A stretch of 64,000 nucleotides of DNA, taken from assembly GCA_964493125.1 (NCBI GenBank), contig CAZBMS010000003.1, forward strand, positions 6,425 through 70,424, in the 5' to 3' direction. The DNA comes from an uncultured Dehalococcoidia bacterium (lineage in GTDB: Bacteria > Chloroflexota > Dehalococcoidia > Lucifugimonadales > QGNO01). The notes beneath the pieces were generated by a model. The model did no database searches. It was not told where the DNA came from and saw nothing but the letters and a program-made list of their open reading frames with translations. This document shows, piece by piece, positions 28,519-38,733 of this stretch (positions are counted from its first letter, which is position 1; every line of letters begins with the position of its first letter). The position numbers and the translations under genes are program-made.

Positions 28519-30822
28519 ATGGATATGCTGGAAAAGCAAGAGTCCGACAGCTATCGCCCAATGTGGAAACACACATTGGCCTTACTGTTTACCAATCCTA
28601 AGAGCAGAATCCTGCTGTATGGATTGGTGGCTATTGGATCGTGGCAATTTGTGGGCGACCACGTAATGAACGAGCTCTACCCTGTAGTCAGGGCTGAAGT
28701 TCTAAGAACCGTCGGCCTAGGTTTTTATGGACTATCATTCTTCACAATCACATTTTTAATAACTCTGAGATTTACACCTAGACACTTCCTGATTAGGTGC
28801 CGGGAATGGCTAGCAATGGCAATGATGCTCACAGCATCCCAAGCTGTTTTGGGGTCTGCGAGCGGTCCAGATGCGATCACGTCTGCAACCACTTACGGCG
28901 GCACCATAGCGATGAAACTGTGGCCAGAGCCACTAATTGGCATTGCCTTGGTCCTGGGTGTCTGTTTCACTTCAATAATTCTTGTTTTTCCAACGCGCTC
29001 ATACAAGTTATTAAAGGCCACCATATCGGCTTCAGCACGGCAAGGCAGTAAAATTATATTCGCGTCATGGAGGCTGCTTTTGCAATCCATCATGCGCCTG
29101 TTAAAAGGCAAGCCCGCGACTCGCCAAACACCAAAAGTCAATCAGCAAAGCGAAGTCGATCTACGCTCGTACCCCGAGCATCCGATTATTTCTCCGAATA
29201 ACTACACTTATGATCTTCAGAAACAGCTAGAATTGCCGATCGATTCTGTCAATCTTGAAAATCCAAGCCCAGAGCAAAGTTATAATCCTGCTCCTAAAAC
29301 ATCTAGTCCTCCTGGTAGATGGCGGCCTCCAGGAGCTGACTTTCTCGATTACGGCACTCCCGTATCTATTACCGACGACGAAACTGACGAGGTTGCTAGG
29401 AGAATAGAAGAAACCCTAGCCGATCACGGAGTTGAAGTGATGGTAAACCAGGTGAAACCCGGCCCTACAGTTACACTCTACGGTCTCACTCCTGGTTGGA
29501 TACGCCGGTTTAAACAGGTCGTGGAAAAGGACGAGTACGGTGAGGTTGCAAGAAACGAAGCAGGGAAAGCCATCATGAAACGAACAGAGGAGCAAACCCG
29601 TGTAAGGGTAGATTCTATTGTTGCTCGCGAAAAAGATCTCGCTTTGGCACTAGCCGCACCCAGCTTACGAATTCAAGCGCCTGTCCCAGGGGAATCCGTG
29701 GTAGGAATAGAAGTCCCAAATAGGGAAGCCGTGCTCGTAGCACTTCGCAATGTCCTCGAATCCGAAGATTTCATTTCGCTAAGGGGCTCCGGTGCTCTTG
29801 CCCTTGGGCTTGGCCAAGGTTCTGGTGGGGATCCAGTAGTTGCTGATCTGAGGAGCTTGCCCCATCTCCTTATAGCTGGCGCGACCGGGAGCGGAAAAAG
29901 CGTTTGTATGAATACCCTCATAGTCTCCCTAGCATCCCAAGTATCCCCTGAAAAATTACGTATGCTTCTTATAGATCCAAAGCGGGTAGAACTTACGCCC
30001 TACAACGGGCTGCCCCATCTGATTACACCTGTAATCGTCGATACTGAACCCGCAGTTCGTGCACTAAAAGGAATCATGAGCGAAATGTTTCGTCGCTACC
30101 GTCGATTAGAAGAGCTCGGGGTAAGAAACATCGAAGGATACCACCGGCACCGAAATGCGCTACAGCCAATGCCTCACTTAGTTGTCGCAGTGGACGAACT
30201 AGCAGACCTTATGATGGCTGCCTCCTATGAAGTTGAACAAACTCTAACCAGGCTCGCACAGCTCGGACGAGCGACTGGAATACATCTTCTTGTGGCGACC
30301 CAAAGACCATCAGTAGATGTGGTTACCGGACTGATCAAAGCCAACTTTCCTTCGAGGATCGGCTTTGCAGTGGTTTCACAGGTAGATTCTCGAACTATTC
30401 TAGACGCAGCAGGCGCGGAGCGCCTACTGGGTAGGGGCGACATGTTATTCCTTTCTGGAGAAACCCCTAAGCCCCTAAGAGTTCAGGGAGCGTATGTTTC
30501 CGATGGTGAGATCGAAAATCTCATCGATTTCTGGAAGAGCCAAAACGGGCCATCATTACCCGAATTCAATCTGGAACCAGAGGCAAGCTCTGACATTAAT
30601 TCAGATTCTGGTAGCTCTGGCCAAAGCTCTGGGGACGACATGATGGGAAAAGCTCTGGAACTGGCGACTCGTTATTCACACTTATCTACTTCGTTATTAC
30701 AGAGACGTCTTAGAATAGGCTATCCTAGAGCAGCCAGATTAATGGATCAATTAGAGGACGAAGGTATAGTTGCCAGTGGAGATTCTGGGAAATCGCGTGA
30801 AGTGATTCGAAAACCTGATTAA
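28519..30822 (+). CDS. ftsK: DNA translocase FtsK
   Basis: N-terminal TM segments, a Pro-rich linker, motor domain GATGSGKSV...VVAVDELADLM, and a C-terminal winged-helix gamma domain ([21 protein letters not shown]). Confidence 0.9.
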   Translation: MDMLEKQESDSYRPMWKHTLALLFTNPKSRILLYGLVAIGSWQFVGDHVMNELYPVVRAEVLRTVGLGFYGLSFFTITFLITLRFTPRHFLIRCREWLAMAMMLTASQAVLGSASGPDAITSATTYGGTIAMKLWPEPLIGIALVLGVCFTSIILVFPTRSYKLLKATISASARQGSKIIFASWRLLLQSIMRLLKGKPATRQTPKVNQQSEVDLRSYPEHPIISPNNYTYDLQKQLELPIDSVNLENPSPEQSYNPAPKTSSPPGRWRPPGADFLDYGTPVSITDDETDEVARRIEETLADHGVEVMVNQVKPGPTVTLYGLTPGWIRRFKQVVEKDEYGEVARNEAGKAIMKRTEEQTRVRVDSIVAREKDLALALAAPSLRIQAPVPGESVVGIEVPNREAVLVALRNVLESEDFISLRGSGALALGLGQGSGGDPVVADLRSLPHLLIAGATGSGKSVCMNTLIVSLASQVSPEKLRMLLIDPKRVELTPYNGLPHLITPVIVDTEPAVRALKGIMSEMFRRYRRLEELGVRNIEGYHRHRNALQPMPHLVVAVDELADLMMAASYEVEQTLTRLAQLGRATGIHLLVATQRPSVDVVTGLIKANFPSRIGFAVVSQVDSRTILDAAGAERLLGRGDMLFLSGETPKPLRVQGAYVSDGEIENLIDFWKSQNGPSLPEFNLEPEASSDINSDSGSSGQSSGDDMMGKALELATRYSHLSTSLLQRRLRIGYPRAARLMDQLEDEGIVASGDSGKSREVIRKPD

Positions 30823-30886
30823 TCTGACTGGATAACTAAATCATAATGCCTCGTATCTCAGCAGATTGCCGTAAGATGAGAGTCCT

Positions 30887-31708
30887 CTATGGCATTACTG
30901 GCAACTTAGCAACTACAAGATCCGTCAGCCGCTCATATTCCTGTTTAACTTTATTGCTATCTAGCATAGTCGGCTTATCGCTATTCATATAGTCTGGGAG
31001 AAGTTCGTGTTTTCCCAAGAAGTCTAGTTCCATCTCTTTCGCCAGCTCTTCCCCGACACCCTCGCCAAATACACCGCCAGCAAAGTTTTCCAAGACTCCC
31101 AAAACGTTAACGTTCATCTTCTTGATCATATTTATGGATCTTTTCGCGTCCAATTTTGCAAGTGATTGAGGAGTAGCAATCACAACAAACCCATCTAGCT
31201 GTAGAACCTGCATGATAGTCAGTGGAGCATCAGAAGTGCCTGGGGGAAGATCCACCACTAAATAATCTATGTCACCCCAATCTGTGTTTTGCAAGAACTG
31301 GTTTAAGGCATTGTGGATCATGGGTCCACGCCAAATAATTGCTTCTTCTTCGTTTTCTTGGAAGAACGACATAGACATCACTTTCACGCCATAGGCGTCG
31401 GCGGGTATGAATTGTCCATCCTCCATCGTTGCGGGCTCGTTCGCCCCAATAGCCTTTGCGGCATTAGGACAATCTATATCAGCATCCAACAGACCAACAC
31501 TGTACCCTTTACTACTAAGTGCAGTCGCCATGTTCACGGCAACCGTTGTCTTGCCAACGCCACCTTTTCCACTGTATACACCTATCTTGACTTTAACACG
31601 GCTAAGCCTGTCACCTATCTGACGACGCTGTTGCCAGGCACGCTTTATAGAGTCCAAGCGAGCCTGTTCTTGAGGGCTCATTTTGCGCCCTTCTGGCTTA
31701 TCAGTCAT
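30887..31708 (-). CDS. apbC: Mrp/NBP35/ApbC-type Fe-S cluster carrier ATPase
   Basis: Deviant Walker A SGKGGVGKTT and the CPNA region. I prefer the ATG at 31708, 5 nt after the upstream stop; the ORF-track start at 31765 would overlap by 52 nt. Confidence 0.85.
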   Translation of the reverse strand: MTDKPEGRKMSPQEQARLDSIKRAWQQRRQIGDRLSRVKVKIGVYSGKGGVGKTTVAVNMATALSSKGYSVGLLDADIDCPNAAKAIGANEPATMEDGQFIPADAYGVKVMSMSFFQENEEEAIIWRGPMIHNALNQFLQNTDWGDIDYLVVDLPPGTSDAPLTIMQVLQLDGFVVIATPQSLAKLDAKRSINMIKKMNVNVLGVLENFAGGVFGEGVGEELAKEMELDFLGKHELLPDYMNSDKPTMLDSNKVKQEYERLTDLVVAKLPVMP

Positions 31709-31713
31709 ATCTA

Positions 31714-32031
31714 CTAGATACCTAAGAGTGCCTTGCCATCTTCCGTAAGCATATCGGGAGACCACGGTGGATCGAACACAACTTCAACCGTTACATCCTC
31801 AAGATCTTCTATCTCAGAAATGGCCCACTCTGCTTGTTGGGCTATATAAGGGCCCATTCCACACCCAGGAGCAGTCAAGGTCATCTTGACGTGAACCTCG
31901 TTATTCTCTTTGACGTCTACTCCGTAAATCAGCCCTAGATCCACCACATTAACTGGTATCTCGGGATCATATACTTCTTTAAGCTTTTCCAGCACTGCTT
32001 CCTTAGTCACTATCGTCATGTTTCTCTCCAA
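31714..32031 (-). CDS. DUF59/MIP18 family Fe-S assembly protein (SufT/PaaD-like)
   Basis: VYDPEIPVNVVDLGLIY ... TLTAPGCGMG conserved Cys motif. Confidence 0.8.
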   Translation of the reverse strand: MERNMTIVTKEAVLEKLKEVYDPEIPVNVVDLGLIYGVDVKENNEVHVKMTLTAPGCGMGPYIAQQAEWAISEIEDLEDVTVEVVFDPPWSPDMLTEDGKALLGI

Positions 32032-32101
32032 ATTCTTTTGAAAGGCTATATTCTCACTTGAAGATTCTATCTAAAGCTAAATCTCTTGGTCAAACCCAGC
32101 T

Positions 32102-32365
32102 TCACTTCCGCTGGATTTCAAGTCTAGGATCCCTTGATTCTCCTAATTCCGCAATCTCTAAACTAGATTGCTTGATTACAGTCCTGCCTGCCATACCACC
32201 CAAAGGCCAGTCAAAAACGACCTGCCAAAAAGCCTCTTTTGACCGATTTCTACTCCCTTTGGCATGCGCCGCTGGGCCGGATATGAGCCCAGTTCTTCCA
32301 AAAAAAAGAGACTTCGATTCTATTACCTTAACTCTATTACCTATCTTCACTTCTTTTACCTTCAT
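32102..32365 (-). CDS. Hypothetical small protein (87 aa) heading the SufT-like/Mrp gene string
   Basis: ORF in the same orientation as the two downstream genes. ATG at 32365 is preceded by TGGAGT. I recognise no family; the opposite-strand ORF 32058-32369 looks like its shadow. Confidence 0.4.
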   Translation of the reverse strand: MKVKEVKIGNRVKVIESKSLFFGRTGLISGPAAHAKGSRNRSKEAFWQVVFDWPLGGMAGRTVIKQSSLEIAELGESRDPRLEIQRK

Positions 32366-32647
32366 ATGAATACTCCAACCATACTCCTGCATTGGACGCC
32401 GTTATTATCGAACGATATTAGCAGATTGTAGTCCTACTAGCGTATCCCTGGCAACTAGTTACGCCCATACGCTATCCACCTGTATAAGTAGGAATCGTAT
32501 GGTTTTGAATTTGCTTTCGTGTTAAACTTACGGAGCCTTAAACAATGCATGGAAAGCTCTACAATTGTACGTTCGGTGATGGCTTCTAAAGAACGGCTTT
32601 TAATTGAACTAGCATTGACAGGGGGGGGTAAACGAAGAGGATCTATT

Positions 32648-35440
32648 ATGACCAGCATTGAACCCTTCAACGGTCCAAACTCTGCTTACCTGGTAGAACT
32701 ACACGAGGCTTACAAGAAAGATCCTCTGTCAGTAGATCCTACGGTCAAAGTTTTTTTTGATACTTGGCTGCCTTACATCTCAGAAACGGGCTTTGTGAGT
32801 CAACAAGTTGCTCACACCACAGAAGCCGATTATCAAAAGCTTTTAGAGCTTTCTGCCTTGGTTGAAAATATCCGAGCTAATGGCCATCTCCAATCAAAGC
32901 TTGACCCACTCGGCCTCCAGCCATCTAGGGTTGTCCATTCCAATTCCCCTATGCTCTCACCCGAGGAAGATGGACTAGGAAAGCTACCTGCTAGCTTGAT
33001 TAAGAGCCCTCTTTCAAGTGAAGGATCTACGGTGAAGGATCTACTTTCTGAGCTTGATAATGTCTATTCAGGAAATGTAGGCTATGAATTTGGACACCTG
33101 AGAAATGCGGATGAGCGAAGTTGGCTACAAAACAGCGTCGAGTCAGGAGTCTTTCGCCCAGAGGTAGACAAAGAAACTAAGGTGGGACTCCTTAAACGAC
33201 TTAGCGAAGCGGAAGCGTTCGAGCACTTCCTTCATAGGAATTTCCCAGGGCAGAAATGGTTCTCCGTAGAAGGGAATGACGTTCTTGTGCCTGCTCTTGA
33301 CGAGCTACTCGCACAAGCGGCTCAGACAGATTTAAAATCACTGATGATGGGGATGGCGCACAGGGGTCGCCTTAACGTTCTTACGCATCTCTTTGGGAAA
33401 CCGTATGATGCTCTCCTAGCAGAATTTATGTACGGTTACAAACTTGACGAAGGTGGAACAACCGAATCCAATCACGGCTCTTCGGGAGACGTAAAATACC
33501 ACCAAGGGGCTGATGTCCATTACTCGGGTATAGATGGCGATATTTCTGTCTCATTGTTGCCCAATCCAAGCCATTTGGAGCTGGTAAACCCAGTTGTAGT
33601 AGGCGCAGTAAGAGCTGCCCAAGACTTCGACGGTAAAGAAGGGGGGTCTCCCACTCCTGCTTTCGATAAGGCAATGGGCATATTAATACATGGAGATGCA
33701 GCCTTCGCGGCAGAGGGAGTGGTCCCAGAAACTCTCAACCTCGGCCAGCTAGCTGGATATTCAGTAGGAGGAGTCATCCACATCGTTGCAAACAACCAAA
33801 TCGGCTTTACTGCCGAGGCCCACGAATCGTACTCCACTGTTTACTCTACCGATGTTGCTAGGGGCTTCGACATTCCAATCGTCCATGTAAATGCAGATGA
33901 CGTAGAGGGCTGCATCGGCGTCATGCGACTAGCATTTGCCTACAGACAACAGTTTCACAAAGATTTCCTCGTAGATATTGTTGGCTATCGTAGATATGGC
34001 CACAACGAAGGAGACGAGCCCAGCTTTACACAACCAATAGCCTACAAAAAAATTAATGAGCATCCGACGGTAAGAAGTATTTGGGCTGATGCCTTGATCA
34101 AAGAGGGCCTACTCACACCTCAAGAAGCTCAGACCATGGTCACAGAAACAAACGACCGCCTTCAAGATGCATTAAACACTGTTCAGAGCATGGAGAGAGA
34201 GGCTCCTACGGTTCAACCCAAGCCTATTCTTGAAGAAGAACGGCCAGTTCTGCCAACGAAAGTTGATGGAGAAAAATTGAAAAGCTTGAACAATGAGCTC
34301 CATATTATACCGGAGGGCTTCACGCTTAATCCGAAGCTTGAAAGACCTTTGTTAAGACGGCGCGAGGCCATAGAAGGCGGGCGGATCGATTGGGCACACG
34401 CAGAAGCCCTTTCTTTCGCTTCGCTACTTTCAGACGGTGTGCCAATTAGAATCACCGGACAAGACACAGAGCGAGGCACTTTCACACAAAGGCACGCCGT
34501 TTTTCACGATGTTAACAAAGGATCGAAGTTTACGCCTCTCGCGTCTTTGCCTAGTTCTCAGGCACCATTTGCTATATATAATAGCCCGCTGTCAGAGGTC
34601 GGAGTATTGGGATTTGAATATGGATACAGCGTCCAAGCCAAGCACGCACTTGTTTTATGGGAAGCTCAATTTGGAGACTTTGTTAATAACGCACAGTCTA
34701 TCGTGGATGAGTTCCTAGCCAGCGCCAATACAAAGTGGGGGCAGCGCTCTGGATTGGTATTACTTCTTCCACACGCCTATGAAGGCCAAGGGCCTAATCA
34801 CTCTAGTGGTTTTTTGGAGCGTTTCTTGCAATTGGCAACAGAAAGCAGTTTCCGAATAGCGTATTGTTCTAGTGCTGCTCAATACTTTCACCTTCTCAGG
34901 GAACAAGCAGCAATGATACGAACTGACCCTAAGCCACTTGTGATCATGACTGCTAAGAGCCTGCTTCGTCACCCCGATGCGTCTTCTACCCTGGGAGAGC
35001 TATCAGATGGTGCTTTTAACCCAGTGATCGCTGACGTAAATGACCATGATGACGTCAAGCGTGTGATTCTCTGCGCTGGTAAAGTATATGTTGATCTCAT
35101 AGGAAGCAAAATGTATGCGAAGGCAAAGAACACTGCAATTATACGCATTGAAGAACTTTATCCGTTTCCCACAAAGAAGCTAGACAATGTTTTCTCATCC
35201 TGCAGTGCGCTAGAAGAGGTGATTTGGTTACAGGAAGAACCGCAGAACCGGGGTGCTTGGTCGTTCGTTGCTCCTAGAGTACGAGAGATACTCTCTGCGA
35301 GCATTCCTCTTCTCTACGTTGGCAGGCCAGCTCGATCGAGCCCAGCAGAAGGATCTGCCACCCTGCATAAAATAGAGCAGGAAAGGATAATTAGTGAGGG
35401 CTTTGCCCCTATTAATAAGATGACGGCTGTCGCATCTTGA
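32648..35440 (+). CDS. sucA: 2-oxoglutarate dehydrogenase E1 component
   Basis: The N-terminus NSAYLVELHEAY is typical of SucA, with the TPP region GDAAFAAEGVV and YRRYGHNEGDEP. I prefer the ATG at 32648 over the upstream ORF-track start. Confidence 0.9.
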   Translation: MTSIEPFNGPNSAYLVELHEAYKKDPLSVDPTVKVFFDTWLPYISETGFVSQQVAHTTEADYQKLLELSALVENIRANGHLQSKLDPLGLQPSRVVHSNSPMLSPEEDGLGKLPASLIKSPLSSEGSTVKDLLSELDNVYSGNVGYEFGHLRNADERSWLQNSVESGVFRPEVDKETKVGLLKRLSEAEAFEHFLHRNFPGQKWFSVEGNDVLVPALDELLAQAAQTDLKSLMMGMAHRGRLNVLTHLFGKPYDALLAEFMYGYKLDEGGTTESNHGSSGDVKYHQGADVHYSGIDGDISVSLLPNPSHLELVNPVVVGAVRAAQDFDGKEGGSPTPAFDKAMGILIHGDAAFAAEGVVPETLNLGQLAGYSVGGVIHIVANNQIGFTAEAHESYSTVYSTDVARGFDIPIVHVNADDVEGCIGVMRLAFAYRQQFHKDFLVDIVGYRRYGHNEGDEPSFTQPIAYKKINEHPTVRSIWADALIKEGLLTPQEAQTMVTETNDRLQDALNTVQSMEREAPTVQPKPILEEERPVLPTKVDGEKLKSLNNELHIIPEGFTLNPKLERPLLRRREAIEGGRIDWAHAEALSFASLLSDGVPIRITGQDTERGTFTQRHAVFHDVNKGSKFTPLASLPSSQAPFAIYNSPLSEVGVLGFEYGYSVQAKHALVLWEAQFGDFVNNAQSIVDEFLASANTKWGQRSGLVLLLPHAYEGQGPNHSSGFLERFLQLATESSFRIAYCSSAAQYFHLLREQAAMIRTDPKPLVIMTAKSLLRHPDASSTLGELSDGAFNPVIADVNDHDDVKRVILCAGKVYVDLIGSKMYAKAKNTAIIRIEELYPFPTKKLDNVFSSCSALEEVIWLQEEPQNRGAWSFVAPRVREILSASIPLLYVGRPARSSPAEGSATLHKIEQERIISEGFAPINKMTAVAS

Positions 35441-35448
35441 GGTGATTA

Positions 35449-36681
35449 ATGACGCTTGAAGTTAAAGTTCCAGAAATGGGTGAGTCGATTATAGAGGCCA
35501 CAGTTGGGAAATGGTTGAAACAGGTAGGCGAGACCGTCTCGGCTGACGAGCCAATAGTGGAGCTCGAAACCGACAAAGTCAATGTCGAGGTTTCCGCTTC
35601 TCAACCAGGCGTGTTGGAAAAAATATTGAAGGCTGAAGGCGAAACAGTGACTGTCAGCGATGTCCTTGGCACAATCACGGATAGTGGCGTTATCGACCAA
35701 CAGCCTAACATATCAAAGGAAGAGTCGACCCCAGAAGAAACTCCAGCCGCTGATCCAACAGCTACTGACGGCGACGCTGAGCGCATTACACCAGTAGCTC
35801 GTAGAATTGCTGCCGAACACGGGTTAGATGTTGCGAAAATTGCCGCCACCGGCGCTGGGGCGAAGATAACCAAGGAAGATGTAATACGCCATATACAGGA
35901 GCCTGCATCTGAGTCCCGATCAAATACCAAAGAGGAAACCCCTTCAATATCAACCACCGAGACTGCTACCAGTCAACCTACGGAAAGGGAACATCGCGTC
36001 AGGTTAACTCGGTATCAACAAACCATGGCAGCAAGGATGACCGAAGCCGTTCAAACCGCTGCAATGACAACAACTTTCAACGAAGTAGACATGTCTGGAA
36101 TAATCGAAATTAGACAAAGAATGCGTGATACGTTCAAGGACAGACACGGTGTTGCTTTAGGCTTCATGTCTTTCTTCACTAAAGCTGTTGTGGAAGCACT
36201 AAAATCTTTCCCTGTTCTTAACTCTGAAATCCAGGGAGGGGAACTTGTTTTCAAGCACTACTACGACATTGGAATTGCTATAAGCACCGACGATAGCCTA
36301 GTGGTTCCAGTAGTGCGTGATGCAGATCAGAAGAGCTTCGCTGAAATCGAGTCTTCAATCTTAGATCTTGCAGCTCGCTCTAGGGAACGCAAGCTTACTA
36401 TTCAAGAGCTTCAGGGTGGAACTTTCACCATTACCAACGGAGGAGTTTTCGGATCCCTGATGTCTACACCGCTGCTAAATCCTCCACAAGTGGGAATCCT
36501 AGGAATGCACGGGTTTAAGCCGCGGCCAGTTGCGATAGACGGCCAAGTTATTATAAGGCCTATGATGTATCTAGCCCTAACTTATGATCACCGTATAGTA
36601 GATGGAAAATCAGCCGTTTCCTTCCTGGTAAGAATTAAGGAGTTAGTGGAAGAACCTTCAAGGCTTCTGATCGGCGCTTAG
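35449..36681 (+). CDS. sucB: Dihydrolipoyllysine-residue succinyltransferase (E2)
   Basis: Lipoyl domain ELETDKV, the E3-binding region [13 protein letters not shown], and the catalytic [10 protein letters not shown]. Confidence 0.9.
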   Translation: MTLEVKVPEMGESIIEATVGKWLKQVGETVSADEPIVELETDKVNVEVSASQPGVLEKILKAEGETVTVSDVLGTITDSGVIDQQPNISKEESTPEETPAADPTATDGDAERITPVARRIAAEHGLDVAKIAATGAGAKITKEDVIRHIQEPASESRSNTKEETPSISTTETATSQPTEREHRVRLTRYQQTMAARMTEAVQTAAMTTTFNEVDMSGIIEIRQRMRDTFKDRHGVALGFMSFFTKAVVEALKSFPVLNSEIQGGELVFKHYYDIGIAISTDDSLVVPVVRDADQKSFAEIESSILDLAARSRERKLTIQELQGGTFTITNGGVFGSLMSTPLLNPPQVGILGMHGFKPRPVAIDGQVIIRPMMYLALTYDHRIVDGKSAVSFLVRIKELVEEPSRLLIGA

Positions 36682-36704
36682 GGTGGACTCGGCAATCCTC
36701 TAGA

Positions 36705-38690
36705 TTATTGAGGGCCAGAGAGCTCCCTCCGAATTTCGACTATTTCATCTCTGAGTAACGCAGCCTTCTCGAACTCGAAATTCTTAGCTGATTGCTTCAT
36801 CTTGCTTTCAAGATCTTTAACCAAACGGAATATTTCATCCTTAGGCATGTTTTCCCAGGAAAAGTCGGCGTTCTCGCTATAATTTTCTGGCCTAAGCCGA
36901 TCAGTAATGTCTGCAACCGCCTTGTGAATCCCAACCGGCGTTATATTGTGTCGTAAATTATGTTCTTGCTGAATTTTCCGGCGCCGATCAGTCTCATGTA
37001 TAGCCATACTCATAGACCTAGTAATGTTATCAGCGTACATGATCACGTGACCTTCCGAGTGTCGTGCTGCACGACCCATAGTTTGTATCAATGCGGATTG
37101 CGATCGTAAATATCCCTCTTTGTCCGCATCAAGAATTGCAACAAGGCTAACTTCGGGCAAGTCCAAGCCCTCTCGCAAAAGGTTGATTCCCACCACCACA
37201 TCATAGACCCCCAATCTTAAATCTCGAAGTCTCTCGCTGCGCTCCAAGGTGTCAATTTCAGAGTGTAAATACTGTGTTTTAACATTCATCTCCCTCAGAT
37301 AATCTGCAAGCTCCTCTGCCATCCGCTTGGTTAATGTTGTAACAAGGCACCTTTCAGATTTGGCAACTCTTGCATTTATCTCTTGCAGTAAATCATCTAT
37401 CTGCCCCTGTGTTGGCTTTACTTGAATCGTAGGATCAAGTAAACCAGTGGGCCGAATCACCTGCTCTACCAACTGCTCAGCCTTGCCAGTCTCATATAGC
37501 CCTGGGGTAGCCGATACGTAAATTGCTTGTTCGATGTGTTTTTCAAATTCCCCGAAGCTGAGAGGGCGGTTGTCCAAGGCAGACGGGAGTCGATATCCAT
37601 AATCGACAAGGGTCTGCTTTCTTGATATATCCCCTCTATACATTCCATTTAGTTGCGGTATGGTCATATGCGATTCATCAATAAACAGGATGAAGTCATC
37701 GGGGAAATAGTCCATTAAGGTCCATGGGGTGCTGCCAGCAGGGCGTTGTGATAGTGGTCTGGAATAGTTCTCAACGCCCGAGCAGTACCCTGTTTCGCGC
37801 AACATCTCTAAGTCGTAGTTTGTACGAGATTCTAAGCGTTGAGCCTCAACAATTTTACCCTGGGATTTCAACTGCTTGACCCGTTCCGCCATCTCTTCTT
37901 CTATGTCCTGTATTCCCATCAACAACTTCTCTGTGGGAGTCACAAAGTGTTTCCCGGGATAAATGTCTATTACACCACCTTCACTCAAAATCTCGCCAGT
38001 CAAAGGATCCAACGTTACTATTCTGTCAACTTGTTCGCCAAAAAAATCGATTCGAATTGCTATCTCATCATGGACAGGGAGAATCTCTATTGTATCGCCC
38101 CTCACCCTGAATTTACCCCGAGTCAAATTCATGTCGTTTCGTTCATATTGCATTTCAACCAGTCGTCTCAACAGCCTGTGTCGATTTAGAGTTTGACCTT
38201 TTTCAATTCTCATCACGAAGCCCTGATACTCATCAGGAGAACCCAGTCCATAGATACAGGAGACAGACGCAACTATTATCGTGTCCCTTCTACTTAAAAT
38301 AGCCCTCGTTGCCGCATGCCTAAGCTTATCAATTTCATCATTTATGTCAGCGTCTTTTTCAATATAAGTGTCTGTGCGAGGTATATATGCCTCTGGTTGA
38401 TAATAATCATAGTAGCTGACGAAATATTCGACGGCATTATGTGGAAAAAACCCCTTGAATTCTGTAGCTAGTTGGCCCGCCAAGGTTTTGTTATGTGCAA
38501 TAACTAACGCAGGTCGCTGGGCTGCCTCAACCACTTTGGCCATCGTATATGTTTTGCCGGAACCAGTAACGCCAATAAGAACCTGATGTTTTCTGCCTAG
38601 GTCCAACCCTTCAACAAGCTTATCCACCGCCTTCGGCTGATCACCAGTAGGCTCAAAATCAGCAATGATCGCGAACTTTCCTTCTTCCAA
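36705..38690 (-). CDS. uvrB: Excinuclease ABC subunit B
   Basis: GVTGSGKT Walker A, FIDESH, and the C-terminal UVR motif ([18 protein letters not shown]). Confidence 0.95.
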   Translation of the reverse strand: MEEGKFAIIADFEPTGDQPKAVDKLVEGLDLGRKHQVLIGVTGSGKTYTMAKVVEAAQRPALVIAHNKTLAGQLATEFKGFFPHNAVEYFVSYYDYYQPEAYIPRTDTYIEKDADINDEIDKLRHAATRAILSRRDTIIVASVSCIYGLGSPDEYQGFVMRIEKGQTLNRHRLLRRLVEMQYERNDMNLTRGKFRVRGDTIEILPVHDEIAIRIDFFGEQVDRIVTLDPLTGEILSEGGVIDIYPGKHFVTPTEKLLMGIQDIEEEMAERVKQLKSQGKIVEAQRLESRTNYDLEMLRETGYCSGVENYSRPLSQRPAGSTPWTLMDYFPDDFILFIDESHMTIPQLNGMYRGDISRKQTLVDYGYRLPSALDNRPLSFGEFEKHIEQAIYVSATPGLYETGKAEQLVEQVIRPTGLLDPTIQVKPTQGQIDDLLQEINARVAKSERCLVTTLTKRMAEELADYLREMNVKTQYLHSEIDTLERSERLRDLRLGVYDVVVGINLLREGLDLPEVSLVAILDADKEGYLRSQSALIQTMGRAARHSEGHVIMYADNITRSMSMAIHETDRRRKIQQEHNLRHNITPVGIHKAVADITDRLRPENYSENADFSWENMPKDEIFRLVKDLESKMKQSAKNFEFEKAALLRDEIVEIRRELSGPQ

Positions 38691-38733
38691 TTTAAGCAGT
38701 CCTTTGGTTGATAATTAAAGCCGCAAGCAAAAT

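Noticed and set aside
32058-32369. 103-aa plus-strand ORF opposite the small hypothetical gene.
   Set aside because: It is oriented against the SufT-like/Mrp string, it starts inside the previous gene's upstream region without an SD, and its sequence is Ser/Leu/Pro-rich. The minus-strand ORF is the more plausible one, though itself low confidence.
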